DNA from: Candidatus Nanopelagicales bacterium
Lineage (GTDB): Bacteria > Actinomycetota > Actinomycetes > S36-B12
Reading direction: 5' to 3'
Assembly (NCBI GenBank): GCA_044374195.1
Contig: JBILOY010000008.1
Coordinates: 8,640-72,639, forward strand
DNA: 64,000 nt
The notes under the pieces are model-generated. The model was not told where the DNA came from. It saw only the letters and a list, made by a program, of their open reading frames with translations, and searched no databases. The position numbers and the translations under genes are program-made. Shown one piece after another: positions 43,651 to 52,571 of this stretch. Positions within the stretch are counted from its first letter, which is position 1. Every line of letters starts with the position of its first letter.

Positions 43651-44528
43651 CTGGTTACCACCGGGGCTAGTTCGGCTACATCGTGATGCTTATCGAGTCC
43701 GGCGGAACGACGCAGGCCGCGGCCGCCGGTGATGGCGAGAACGATAACGAAGATCGCGGCGCCGACCAGCACGATCATCGTGCCCGAGGGGACGCCTGCG
43801 TAGTAGCTGGCGTACATTCCGACGAAGCCGCAGAACAGCCCGATGCCAGTGCTCCAGGCGAGCATCTTGCCGAAGGAGTCGGTGAGCATTCGGCCGACCA
43901 CCGCGGGGATGACCAGCATTGCCGCGACGAGAGTTACGCCGATCACGGTGAGCGTGGCGAGAATCGACAGCGACAGCACGATCATCAGCATCGCCTCAAG
44001 ACGTGCGACGCGAACGCCGGAAACATCGGCTACGTCGGGGTCGAAGGTCGAGAAGATCAACGCGCGGTAGCGCAGGAAGACGAACAGTGCCGCGAGGATG
44101 CTGATGGCGACGAGGCCGATGATCTGCTCCACGCTGATTCCGAGGATGCTGCCGAACAGCGCGTTCTCGAATGACGGCCCACTGGTGCCGAACTTCGCGA
44201 AGAGTGCGACGCCGAGGGCGAAGGAAGCTGTCGTGATGACTCCGATGGCCGCGTCAGCGCCCACCCGGCCCTTGCGGGCGACAGTCGTAATGGCGATCGC
44301 TGAGGCCACGCCCCATAGGCCGGCGCCGAGCATGTAGAACTGCGCAGCAAAGAGCTGGGAGGCGGCGAATCCGCCGAAGATCGAGTGCGAGAGGCCATGG
44401 CCGATGTAGCTCATGCCGCGCAGCACGATGAAGACGCCGATGAAGCCGAGCAAAGCGCCCGACAAGGTCGCGACGATCAGGCCCTTGTTGAAGAAGGCGT
44501 AGGAGAGGGGCTCGAGAAGGGCATCCAT
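43647..44528 (-). CDS. Metal (Zn/Mn) ABC transporter permease
   Basis: 293 aa, multi-TM, ZnuB/MntB-like (GHGLSHSIFGG). Confidence 0.85.
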   Translation of the reverse strand: MDALLEPLSYAFFNKGLIVATLSGALLGFIGVFIVLRGMSYIGHGLSHSIFGGFAASQLFAAQFYMLGAGLWGVASAIAITTVARKGRVGADAAIGVITTASFALGVALFAKFGTSGPSFENALFGSILGISVEQIIGLVAISILAALFVFLRYRALIFSTFDPDVADVSGVRVARLEAMLMIVLSLSILATLTVIGVTLVAAMLVIPAVVGRMLTDSFGKMLAWSTGIGLFCGFVGMYASYYAGVPSGTMIVLVGAAIFVIVLAITGGRGLRRSAGLDKHHDVAELAPVVTR

Positions 44529-45343
44529 CAGATGTTCTCCGGGAAGGAAGGACGAGCCGGCGCGAGAATCTGGTCTGAGCGAACGACGGGTGCACCGTCG
44601 ACGACGACCAGCATGCCGAGATGCTCGAGAACTTCCATGCGGGCGCCGAAGGTCTCCTCCAGAACATCAGGGGTAATCACCTCTGCGGGTGAGCCATCGG
44701 CCACGATGCGGGAGTTGACGCAGACGATGTGCGGCAGGTGGGCGGCCATGCCGTTGAGGTCATGCGTGGTGAGCACGATAGCCACGCCATCCTCATGGAG
44801 ATCGCCGAGAAGATGCAGGATGTCGTGGCGGGTGGAGACGTCAACGCCGCTCGTGGGCTCATCGAGCAGCAGCAGTTGCGGATCGCGGAGGAGTGCGCGG
44901 GCGAGGAACATGCGTTGCTGCTGCCCGCCGGAGAGTTCGCGAATGTGACGCTCTGAGAGGTCGGCGATACCCAGGCGATCAAGAACGCTCATCACTCGGG
45001 TTCGCTCCGCACCACTTGCCCACGGCAGGCGACGTCCGCGTGTGCGCGACATCAAGACACATTCGAACACCGTGATCGGGAAGTTCCAGTCGACGGTCTC
45101 GAGTTGCGGAACGTAGGCGACTCGCAGACCCGGTTCACTGGTAACCGAGCCCTCGCAGGGCTTGAGCGTGCCCAGGAGTAGTCGAAGCAGGGTGGTTTTG
45201 CCGGCCCCGGAGGGGCCGACAATCCCTGTGAATTGATCCTCGTGAACATGGAAGTCGACATGGCTCAGCACGATCTGCTTGTCATAGCGCGCAGATACGT
45301 GGTTGAGGCTGAGCAGGATCTCGCCGACTCCGGTTCCGGTCAC
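44528..45343 (-). CDS. Metal ABC transporter ATP-binding protein
   Basis: Walker A GPSGAGKTT, signature LSGGQQQR, Walker B LLLLDEP. Confidence 0.85.
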   Translation of the reverse strand: MTGTGVGEILLSLNHVSARYDKQIVLSHVDFHVHEDQFTGIVGPSGAGKTTLLRLLLGTLKPCEGSVTSEPGLRVAYVPQLETVDWNFPITVFECVLMSRTRGRRLPWASGAERTRVMSVLDRLGIADLSERHIRELSGGQQQRMFLARALLRDPQLLLLDEPTSGVDVSTRHDILHLLGDLHEDGVAIVLTTHDLNGMAAHLPHIVCVNSRIVADGSPAEVITPDVLEETFGARMEVLEHLGMLVVVDGAPVVRSDQILAPARPSFPENI

Positions 45344-46347
45344 TGCGGGTAGACCGCCGAGTCCTTCACCGACGACGTGATGTCGAGCGCCTCGAGGTTG
45401 GTCGCGGTGCCGCCCAGTCCAGTGATCATCGTGATGTAGTTGTACTTCATCAAGCCCAGCCAGGAGTGATTGGCATCGCCGGGCGCACCGGGAAGATCGT
45501 CATCGCGCAGCGAGTCCTCATAGCGAGCGCCCGTGGCCTTGCCGATCTCCTCGAGAACCTTGGAGGGGAAGACCTCGGAACCGAAGATGACCGGCACCTT
45601 CTGGGCCTTGACCTGATCGATGAGTGACGCCAGTTCAGCAGGGCTCGGATCGTCGAAGCTGCTCGGCTGAAGTGCGCCGATGACCTGCCAGCCGAAGTCC
45701 TTGGCGAAGTAGGCGTAGGCATCGTGGTAGGTCAGCAGCTTCAGGCCGCCGTTCGGCACGGTGACCTGGTCGGCGCGAACCGCATCAGCGAGTGCGGTGG
45801 CCTGGGCTGCGAAGGCATCGTAGTTCGCCGAGTAGTACGCCGCGTTCGTCGGATCCTTCTTCGAGAGCTCGTCGCGAATGACGGCGGCGTACTTGATCGC
45901 GTACAGCGGGTCAGTCCACAGATGCGGATTCGGCTTGCCCTCCTCCTTCGGGAAGGAGAAGTCGTAGAGGTAGTCGGACTCAGGAAGCACTGTGGTGCCG
46001 ATCTCGATGAGATCTGCACCCGACTTCATGTTGGCTTCGGCGAGCTGCATCGTCGGGTCCTCGAGCTTGAGACCGTTGACGAAGACGATGTCGGCGTCAC
46101 TGAGCAGCTTGGCCACCGAGGGCTCCGGCTCGAAGGTGTGGCTGTTGGTGCCCTCGGGGACGATGCCCTCGATGCGGGCCTTGTCGCCGGCAATGCTCGC
46201 CGCGATCGAGGTGATCGGGGAGACCGTCGTGGCTACGAGAAGACCGCCGGCCTCCGTGGAGGAATCCGATGCCGATCCTGAGGATCCACAGGCGGCGAGG
46301 GCTAGGGGCAGGACGATAAGCCCGATCAGGGCAGTACGAACTCTCAC
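45340..46347 (-). CDS. Metal ABC transporter substrate-binding lipoprotein (ZnuA/TroA cluster 9 family)
   Basis: Lipobox LALAACGSS, with NPHLWTDP and YHDAYAYFA motifs. GTG start preceded by AGGAG. Confidence 0.85.
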   Translation of the reverse strand: MRVRTALIGLIVLPLALAACGSSGSASDSSTEAGGLLVATTVSPITSIAASIAGDKARIEGIVPEGTNSHTFEPEPSVAKLLSDADIVFVNGLKLEDPTMQLAEANMKSGADLIEIGTTVLPESDYLYDFSFPKEEGKPNPHLWTDPLYAIKYAAVIRDELSKKDPTNAAYYSANYDAFAAQATALADAVRADQVTVPNGGLKLLTYHDAYAYFAKDFGWQVIGALQPSSFDDPSPAELASLIDQVKAQKVPVIFGSEVFPSKVLEEIGKATGARYEDSLRDDDLPGAPGDANHSWLGLMKYNYITMITGLGGTATNLEALDITSSVKDSAVYPQ

Positions 46348-46377
46348 AACAGACTCCTAAGTGGGATTTGAACTACC

Positions 46378-46392
46378 TGCAAATCATATGCA
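46378..46392. promoter_or_regulatory. Zur-box-like 7-1-7 imperfect palindrome TGCAAATCATATGCA upstream of the metal ABC operon
   Basis: 31-45 nt upstream of the substrate-binding-protein start. It matches 12 of 15 positions of the actinobacterial Zur consensus as I recall it (TGAAAATCATTTTCA). Confidence 0.4.
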
Positions 46393-46447
46393 ATAAGCCT
46401 GAATCCCGCAGAACTGAGGGGTCGTGTTCGTGCCGTAGGCTGGCGCC

Positions 46448-46687
46448 GTGAGTGAACCCAGCACAGTCGACCTTCAGGCCGAACTCGCCGCTGCCCGCGA
46501 GGAGCTTGCGGCCAGCATTGCCGCGCTGAAGGCCCAGACGAGCCCCGGCGCAATTGCGTCACGCGGTAAGCGTGCGGTTACCGGATTCTTCACCACCCCC
46601 GAGGGTGGCGTGAACGTCAAGCGCGCGGCCATTGTCGGTGGAATCGTGGTCGGAGTCGTGGCCATCAAGTTGCTGCGTCGCCGCTGA
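46448..46687 (+). CDS. DUF3618-like small protein with C-terminal TM helix
   Basis: 79 aa containing ...LQAELAAAREELAASIAALKAQ..., and a hydrophobic tail. Confidence 0.55.
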   Translation: MSEPSTVDLQAELAAAREELAASIAALKAQTSPGAIASRGKRAVTGFFTTPEGGVNVKRAAIVGGIVVGVVAIKLLRRR

Positions 46688-46699
46688 ACCCGAGTCGAT

Positions 46700-46729
46700 T
46701 TGTCGCACTGAAGTACTGCACGTTATGTT
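46700..46729 (+). promoter_or_regulatory. Candidate sigma-70-type promoter (TTGTCG-18 nt-TATGTT) for the riboswitch operon
   Basis: Hexamers read directly from the sequence. They lie about 20 nt upstream of riboswitch helix P1. Confidence 0.35.
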
Positions 46730-46747
46730 TTGCCCATAACTGAATAC

Positions 46748-46879
46748 CTCATCAAGAGGGGCAGAGGGAAACGGCCCGTTGAAGCCCCGGCAACCTACCC
46801 AGCATTAATCGACGAGATTCCATCTCCGAGGCCGCTGGATTTCGGTGCCAACTCCGACCTGACAACCAGGACAGATGAG
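46748..46879 (+). promoter_or_regulatory. SAM-I (S-box) riboswitch
   Basis: P1 is CTCATC...GATGAG. Core elements AUCAAGAGGGGCAGAGGGA, GGCCCGUUGAAGCCCCGGCAACC and GGUGCCAACUCC all match the SAM-I consensus. Confidence 0.85.
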
Positions 46880-46898
46880 CAAAGAGAGAGGCCTCGTC

Positions 46899-48149
46899 AT
46901 GACTGTTACTGCATCCCCTGCCATTGGCTCTGCCGTCGCGCTCAAGTGTCGCGAGTGCGCAACTCGTTACCCGCTCGATGCGAGCTACGCCTGTTACGAG
47001 TGCTTCGGCCCCCTCGAGGTGGCCTATGAGCTCGGCAATGTGACCCGCGAGCAGATCGAGAGCGGCCCGAACTCCATGTGGCGCTACGAAGCGCTGCTAC
47101 CCGTCGTACCTGGCGCCGATGCGCGACCGGGCCTGCAGGCCGGTTTCACCAAGCTCGTGCGCGCCGACAACCTCGCGCGCGAACTCGGCGTGAAGACCTT
47201 GTGGGTGAAGGACGACTCAGGCAACCCGACCCATTCGTTCAAGGACCGCGTCGTCGCGGTAGCCCTCGAGAATGCTCGTCGTCTGGGCTTCGAGACCATC
47301 GCGTGCGCCTCCACCGGAAACCTGGCCAATGCCGTCGCCGCCGCGGGTGCACGTGCGGGCCTGAAGTCGGTCGTGTTCGTTCCGTCGAATCTCGAGGCGG
47401 GCAAGATCGTGACCACCGCTGTCTACGGCGGAATCCTGGTAGCGATCGGCGGAAACTACGACGACGTCAATCGCCTGTGCACCGAAGTAGCCGCCTCGCG
47501 CGACTGGGGTTTCGTGAACGTGAACCTGCGCCCGTACTACGCCGAGGGCAGCAAGACCGTCGGGTACGAGGTCGCCGAGCAGCTCGGCTGGCGTCTGCCT
47601 GATGCTGTCGTGTCACCAGTCGCATCCGGCTCACTGCTCACCAAGGTCGACAAAGCCTTCCGCGAGTTCATCGACCTCGGGCTTGTTGCCGATCACCCCT
47701 ACGCGATCTACGGCGCGCAGGCGACTGGCTGCTCACCTGTCTCGCAGGCCTTCAACTCCGGCCAGGATGTCATTCGCCCCGTCAAGCCCGACACCATCGC
47801 GAAGTCACTCGCGATCGGTAACCCAGCAGATGGCCCGTACGCACTCGATGTCGTGCGCCGCACGAACGGTGCCATCGGCGATGTCAGTGACGCAGAGGTT
47901 GTCGAGGGCATCAAGCTGCTCGCGCGTACCGAGGGCATCTTCGCCGAGACTGCCGGTGGCGTCGTGGTCGCCACCTACCGCAAGCTGCTGCGCGAGGGTC
48001 GCATCGACCCCGGCGCAGAGACCGTACTTCTCAACACCGGCGATGGTCTGAAGACCCTCGACGCCGTTGAGGCAACTTCGAAGCCCACCATGGTCATCAG
48101 CCCGTCGTATGACGAGTTTGAGGCCGAATACAACAAGGTCGTGTCATGA
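46899..48149 (+). CDS. Threonine synthase-family PLP enzyme with N-terminal Cys4 zinc-ribbon (ThrC-like, possible homocysteine-forming enzyme)
   Basis: CRECATRY...YACYECFG, and the PLP lysine motif PTHSFKDR. I prefer the ATG at 46899 (SD GAGAGAGG); the ORF opens at 46875 inside riboswitch P1. Confidence 0.85.
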   Translation: MTVTASPAIGSAVALKCRECATRYPLDASYACYECFGPLEVAYELGNVTREQIESGPNSMWRYEALLPVVPGADARPGLQAGFTKLVRADNLARELGVKTLWVKDDSGNPTHSFKDRVVAVALENARRLGFETIACASTGNLANAVAAAGARAGLKSVVFVPSNLEAGKIVTTAVYGGILVAIGGNYDDVNRLCTEVAASRDWGFVNVNLRPYYAEGSKTVGYEVAEQLGWRLPDAVVSPVASGSLLTKVDKAFREFIDLGLVADHPYAIYGAQATGCSPVSQAFNSGQDVIRPVKPDTIAKSLAIGNPADGPYALDVVRRTNGAIGDVSDAEVVEGIKLLARTEGIFAETAGGVVVATYRKLLREGRIDPGAETVLLNTGDGLKTLDAVEATSKPTMVISPSYDEFEAEYNKVVS

Positions 48150-48421
48150 GCGCAGTAGTCCGTATCCCCACCATCCTTCGCACCTACACCGGCGGCGCGG
48201 CTGAGGTCGCTGCCGAGGGTGCCACGCTTCAGGAGGTCCTGGACAGCCTTGATGCGCAGTACATGGGTATCGCTGCACGCGTGCTCGATGACAATGGTGC
48301 ACTTCGCCGCTTCGTGAACATCTACGTCAATGACGACGATGTCCGCTTCCTCGACGGCCTGGTCACGCCGATCGCTGATGGCGCGAACATCTCGATCATT
48401 CCCGCAGTCGCCGGAGGCTGA
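48146..48421 (+). CDS. MoaD/ThiS-family sulfur carrier protein ending in Gly-Gly
   Basis: 91 aa with C-terminus ...IIPAVAGG followed directly by the stop codon. ATGA overlap with the ThrC-like gene. Confidence 0.8.
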   Translation: MSAVVRIPTILRTYTGGAAEVAAEGATLQEVLDSLDAQYMGIAARVLDDNGALRRFVNIYVNDDDVRFLDGLVTPIADGANISIIPAVAGG

Positions 48422-48424
48422 TTC

Positions 48425-49285
48425 ATGGCTCGCTCTGACGTACTCGTCAGCACCGACTGGGTGGCCGATCACCTCGACGATCCGAATGTCGTTCTCATTG
48501 AGGCTGACGAAGACATCGACATGTATGCCGAAGGTCATATCAAGGGCGCCGTGAGCTTGGATTGGCGTCGCGATCTGCAGGATCCCGTACGTCGCGATGT
48601 GATCAGCCCCGTGCAGTTTGCTGAGCTCATGTCGACCCTTGGGGTGAAGCCGGAGTCGACAGTCGTTCTGTATGCGGCCAACAACAACTGGTTCGCCGCG
48701 TATTCGCTGTGGTACTTCACTATGTATGGCCACCGCGACGTCAAGCTTCTTGATGGTGGACGCAAGAAGTGGGAGCTCGACGGTCGCGAACTCGTCAAGG
48801 ATGCACCGGCGATAGAGCGCACCGACTACCCGGTACCGGCAGAGGACTCCAGTCATCGTGCTCGTCGTGACGAGATCATCGCCGGACTCGGCAGCCTGCA
48901 GCTCATCGATGTGCGCTCACCCGATGAGTACTCCGGTGCGATGCTTGCCCCTACCCATTTGCCGCAGGAGCAGTCGTATCGCCCGGGCCATATCCCGACG
49001 GCCATCAACGTGCCGTGGAATCTTGCGGCAAACAATGACGGCACCTTCAAGGACAACGATGAGCTCGAGCGCATCTATGCCGAGGCCGGCATCACGCCGG
49101 AGCGAGTGACGGTGGCGTATTGCCGGATCGGCGAACGCTCTGCCTACACCTGGTTCGTGCTGCATGAACTGCTGGGCTGGGCCGATGTCCGCAATTACGA
49201 CGGATCCTGGACGGAGTACGGCTCACTGGTGGGCGTGCCCGTGGCGATCGGTGATGAGCCGGGATCAGTCGAAGGCAGTCGCTGA
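48425..49285 (+). CDS. Thiosulfate/3-mercaptopyruvate sulfurtransferase (tandem rhodanese domains)
   Basis: Active-site loop AYCRIGERSAYTWF. 286 aa, starting 3 nt after the carrier gene. Confidence 0.85.
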   Translation: MARSDVLVSTDWVADHLDDPNVVLIEADEDIDMYAEGHIKGAVSLDWRRDLQDPVRRDVISPVQFAELMSTLGVKPESTVVLYAANNNWFAAYSLWYFTMYGHRDVKLLDGGRKKWELDGRELVKDAPAIERTDYPVPAEDSSHRARRDEIIAGLGSLQLIDVRSPDEYSGAMLAPTHLPQEQSYRPGHIPTAINVPWNLAANNDGTFKDNDELERIYAEAGITPERVTVAYCRIGERSAYTWFVLHELLGWADVRNYDGSWTEYGSLVGVPVAIGDEPGSVEGSR

Positions 49286-49354
49286 GCCGCTGATGCGGCC
49301 CGGGGGCCGGGCGGATAAAGTCGGGATCTCACACCCCCGATATTTGGAGTATTC

Positions 49355-49846
49355 ATGACCATCGCAGTTGGCGATCGCATCCCCGAGGTTGACGTCCGAG
49401 TGATCCGCGAGGGCGCACAGGCCGTCATCCCGAGCACCGAGGTTCTTGGCTCAGGTCGAGTCGTGCTCTTCGCCGTTCCCGGCGCCTTCACCCCCGGCTG
49501 CTCCAAGCAGCATCTGCCGGGCTTTGTCTCCCAGGCAGCTGAGATATCGGCCAACGGCGTCGACTCCATCGTGTGCATCGGCGTCAACGATGCATTCGTC
49601 ATGGACGCTTGGGGCACAGTGCAGGGCGTCGGCGACTCGATCACCATGGTCGCTGATCCCGCAGCAGACTTCACCAAGGCCATCGGCATGGAGGTCGACG
49701 CGAGTGGCTTTGGACTAGGCACCCGCTCGCAGCGTTACGCCATGGTGATCGACAACGGTGTCGTCACCGCCTTCATGCCCGAGGAGGGCGGTTTCAAGGT
49801 CGAGGCCAGCACCGCCGACTGCGTGCTGACCTCGCTCAAGGGCTAG
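49355..49846 (+). CDS. Peroxiredoxin (Prx5-like subfamily)
   Basis: VLFAVPGAFTPGCS peroxidatic Cys motif. Length is 163 aa. Confidence 0.85.
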   Translation: MTIAVGDRIPEVDVRVIREGAQAVIPSTEVLGSGRVVLFAVPGAFTPGCSKQHLPGFVSQAAEISANGVDSIVCIGVNDAFVMDAWGTVQGVGDSITMVADPAADFTKAIGMEVDASGFGLGTRSQRYAMVIDNGVVTAFMPEEGGFKVEASTADCVLTSLKG

Positions 49847-49849
49847 TCC

Positions 49850-50470
49850 TCAGGAACGCTTGCGCCGCATTGCGGCGAACAGTCCGACCAAGACGAGTCC
49901 GATAGCGACTCCGATACCGAGCCCGAGCCACGGGGTACCACCCGTGGACTCGGGCTCGGTCGTGTCCATGATCGGTTCGTTGATGGCGACGGGCGTTGCA
50001 CTCGACTCAGGTGTAACTGCTTCGCTCGAAGACGTGCTGCTGGCCGAAGGCAAAGCTGCCGAGTCGGCGGGTGCGAAGGTGAAGCTGATCGCACCGGTCA
50101 CAGGGTGACCGTCGGCCGAGACCACCCGGAACGCAGCCTGATACTCACCTGCAGGCAGATCGGCAGGCCACGGCAACTCGATCGAACTGCCATTGGGCTG
50201 GACCTTGGCGCTGGTGATGTTGGTGCCGTCGGCCGCGTTGAGCGAGATGGAGTCAGCATCATCAAGCAATGGTTCATTGAAGGTGAGCGTGATGGCTGCC
50301 GGCGCCTCGGTGACAACGGAGCCGTCTGCCGGGTTGGACGACTCGAGCCCGGAGTGAGCGGAGGCGGTTGTTGCACCGAATGCCCACATCGCGGTGGACA
50401 CCGCCAGGATCGCCACTGTTCGCTTGAGGATACGGGAGGTCATTACTGCTCCAATTCGACTGACGGTCAT
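49850..50470 (-). CDS. copC: CopC-domain copper-binding protein with C-terminal TM anchor
   Basis: Signal peptide ending ASA followed by HSGLESSNPADGSVV...ITLTFNEPL, and C-terminal ...GVAIGLVLVGLFAAMRRKRS. Confidence 0.8.
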   Translation of the reverse strand: MTVSRIGAVMTSRILKRTVAILAVSTAMWAFGATTASAHSGLESSNPADGSVVTEAPAAITLTFNEPLLDDADSISLNAADGTNITSAKVQPNGSSIELPWPADLPAGEYQAAFRVVSADGHPVTGAISFTFAPADSAALPSASSTSSSEAVTPESSATPVAINEPIMDTTEPESTGGTPWLGLGIGVAIGLVLVGLFAAMRRKRS

Positions 50471-51117
50471 GGGTTAAGTGTCGCAGTTCCGGAAGTGATC
50501 ACTACCGAGCCCTTTGCGCTGACCAAGGTGGCCCGCATCGTCCATGCGCCTGGGAAGGGGAGCACGCCGTTGGATTCGGAGGCCTTGCCTCGGGCGCGCA
50601 CCGGCCAGGACAGTGATCCGTCGAAGTCGGGCGAGGTCCAGATCACCTCACCCGATGCAGCCTTGTTCGCGAAGGTGAGGGTGAGGGAACCCGGTCGTGA
50701 TCCATTGAGGCGAGTGGCGACGGAGGGGGAGGTGACGACCGACTGAGCAGGTCCGCGGGCACCTGGCTTTCCGATGATGAAGGCGATCGCGCCATCAACC
50801 TGATGCCCGTCATCAGAGGTCACCGAGAATTCCGCGGTCGTGATGCCGCCACGAAGTGGTGACGTCGGAGTAAGGGTCAAGACCGCACCGTTCATCGCGG
50901 AACTCGAGGGCACGGTGGATCCACTGGCGTCCAAGATCTTCGCCGAGTCGATGGTCACTGGTTCATTGAACGTGATGCGAATGGACGAAGGCGCCTTGGC
51001 CACGGTGCTGCCGTTAGCCGGCGCACTGCGGATGAAATCGGCATGGGCGTACGCAGGTGCTGGGCTCACCAGCATGAGAAGTGAGCCCAGCACTGCGGCC
51101 ATGAAGGCCTTGCGCAT
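50467..51117 (-). CDS. copC: CopC-domain copper-binding protein (second copy, with an extra C-terminal domain)
   Basis: Signal peptide ending AYA followed by HADFIRSAPANGSTV...IRITFNEPV. ATGA overlap with the downstream CopC gene. Confidence 0.8.
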   Translation of the reverse strand: MRKAFMAAVLGSLLMLVSPAPAYAHADFIRSAPANGSTVAKAPSSIRITFNEPVTIDSAKILDASGSTVPSSSAMNGAVLTLTPTSPLRGGITTAEFSVTSDDGHQVDGAIAFIIGKPGARGPAQSVVTSPSVATRLNGSRPGSLTLTFANKAASGEVIWTSPDFDGSLSWPVRARGKASESNGVLPFPGAWTMRATLVSAKGSVVITSGTATLNP

Positions 51118-51122
51118 CAGTG

Positions 51123-51881
51123 TCAGCTAGCCGTTGCTGCAGCGGGAGCCACCACGGTGACCACGGGTGCCGGGCTGGCCAGCTTTGCGGTCGAGCCCGC
51201 GGTCGGGATCTCGATCCAATTGTCTGCGCCGGCCTTCGAGGTACCCACCAGGCGGCCGTCAATCTTGGCAAAGACCTCGGCGTCGGCGGGGACCTTAACT
51301 GCCTTGGTAGAGACGCTGAACTTGCCGTCAGCGCCAACCGTGACGTCGCGCACCGTCAGCGGGGTATCGCCGACGAAGAGAGCGACCTTCTGGCCGGCGA
51401 ATGCGGGCAGGAAGCCCGTGATCGTGGCGTTGGCACCCTTGGTCGAAACCTTCAACTCGGCGTTGCAGGTCTGTACCGCCTTGAAGTAGTACTTCTGTGC
51501 GGCCGAGCCCGCTGCGGCGTTCGGCCATCTGAGCCGAAGGCCGAACTCGTCGATCTGGTCGTCGGGAAGATTGCCACCCGACCAGGTGATCGTCTTGCCC
51601 CCGTTGCTGGTGCTGAGCTTCCAGCCGGCCTTGGGTTGAGCCTTGACTCCGGTGACGCCTGCAGGGATCTCGACGCTCAGGGCATTGGTGGCATCGCCAT
51701 CGCAGCCGTGGCCCGGTCGGAACATGATCGTGCTGCTGCTGCCCGCGGTCGGAGTCGAGCCGCGAAGCTCAATACCCATGTGAGCACTGGCCGAGGATGC
51801 CCCGACAACGGCGATCACGGATGTTGCGGTGAAAGCGCCGGCGGTAAGAAGGGCCTGGGCGCGAGAAATACGAACGTTCAT
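51123..51881 (-). CDS. ycnI: YcnI-family (DUF1775) secreted copper-binding protein
   Basis: Signal peptide ...SSASA followed by HMGIEL..., PKAGWKLS...ITWSGGNLPDDQIDEFGL. I chose the internal ATG at 51881. Confidence 0.75.
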   Translation of the reverse strand: MNVRISRAQALLTAGAFTATSVIAVVGASSASAHMGIELRGSTPTAGSSSTIMFRPGHGCDGDATNALSVEIPAGVTGVKAQPKAGWKLSTSNGGKTITWSGGNLPDDQIDEFGLRLRWPNAAAGSAAQKYYFKAVQTCNAELKVSTKGANATITGFLPAFAGQKVALFVGDTPLTVRDVTVGADGKFSVSTKAVKVPADAEVFAKIDGRLVGTSKAGADNWIEIPTAGSTAKLASPAPVVTVVAPAAATAS

Positions 51882-51967
51882 TGAAGTACTCCTTGGATGT
51901 CTGAATGTGAATGCGTGCCGAGCACGCGAGAAGGGGTCGCTAGCGCGGTGCGCTGCGACTGGTGACA

Positions 51968-52456
51968 TCAGGAGGTAGGTGGCCCTCGACGTGCGATGGC
52001 GTACCCGAGTACTGCGGAGTCGGTGATGTGCGGCTCGAAGAAGGCGGGCGCAAGGCCTGCAGCCTGCGGGGCTGGAATCCAGCCAAGCTCGATCGCGAGG
52101 GCTTGCCAGAAAGCGATCCAACGGTGAACGAGTACATCGCCGTGCGTGAGCACCCCGGCGATCGCAATGGCAGCGATGAGGTGACCGAGCAGCATTGTGG
52201 TGTCAGGCAGGAAGCCGCGCTGATGCGCATGGCCCGCGGCGATGGTCAGAAGTATGTGGAAGAGCACCTGCAGGGCCAGGACGAATCCGAGGATCCAGAC
52301 GCCCGAGCGACGCTTCTGTGCCACCAGGGTGCCGAGGGCCAGGGCGAGGGGGAGCAGCAAGGCCAGGAGGGCCGGCTCAGGGAGTTCTCCGTGGCCGCCC
52401 GAATGGCCGAGGAGCGTGATCAGGACCGCGGCCACACCCAGGGCTGCTCCGCGCAT
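51968..52456 (-). CDS. Hypothetical His-rich membrane protein (about 4 TM), first gene of the copper cluster
   Basis: Only the C-terminal 162 aa of the long ORF are hydrophobic and free of overlap. They contain GHSGGHGE, AAGHAHQRG and THGDVLVH. The start is 52456 (ATG) or 52495 (GTG). Confidence 0.45.
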   Translation of the reverse strand: MRGAALGVAAVLITLLGHSGGHGELPEPALLALLLPLALALGTLVAQKRRSGVWILGFVLALQVLFHILLTIAAGHAHQRGFLPDTTMLLGHLIAAIAIAGVLTHGDVLVHRWIAFWQALAIELGWIPAPQAAGLAPAFFEPHITDSAVLGYAIARRGPPTS

Positions 52457-52524
52457 TAGGCGCGTGCTGCCGGTGAAGTGAGTCGGGCGGGTCACAGGTG
52501 AACCATATCTGCCCCGAACGCACT

Positions 52525-52552
52525 GAAGGCCACCCTCGCAGGGATGGCCTTC
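52525..52552 (-). terminator. Hairpin downstream of the sulfatase gene
   Basis: 8-bp stem gaaggcca / tggccttc with a structured 12-nt loop. There is no U-tract. Confidence 0.4.
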
Positions 52553-52571
52553 AACGCTGAATTTACGACTG

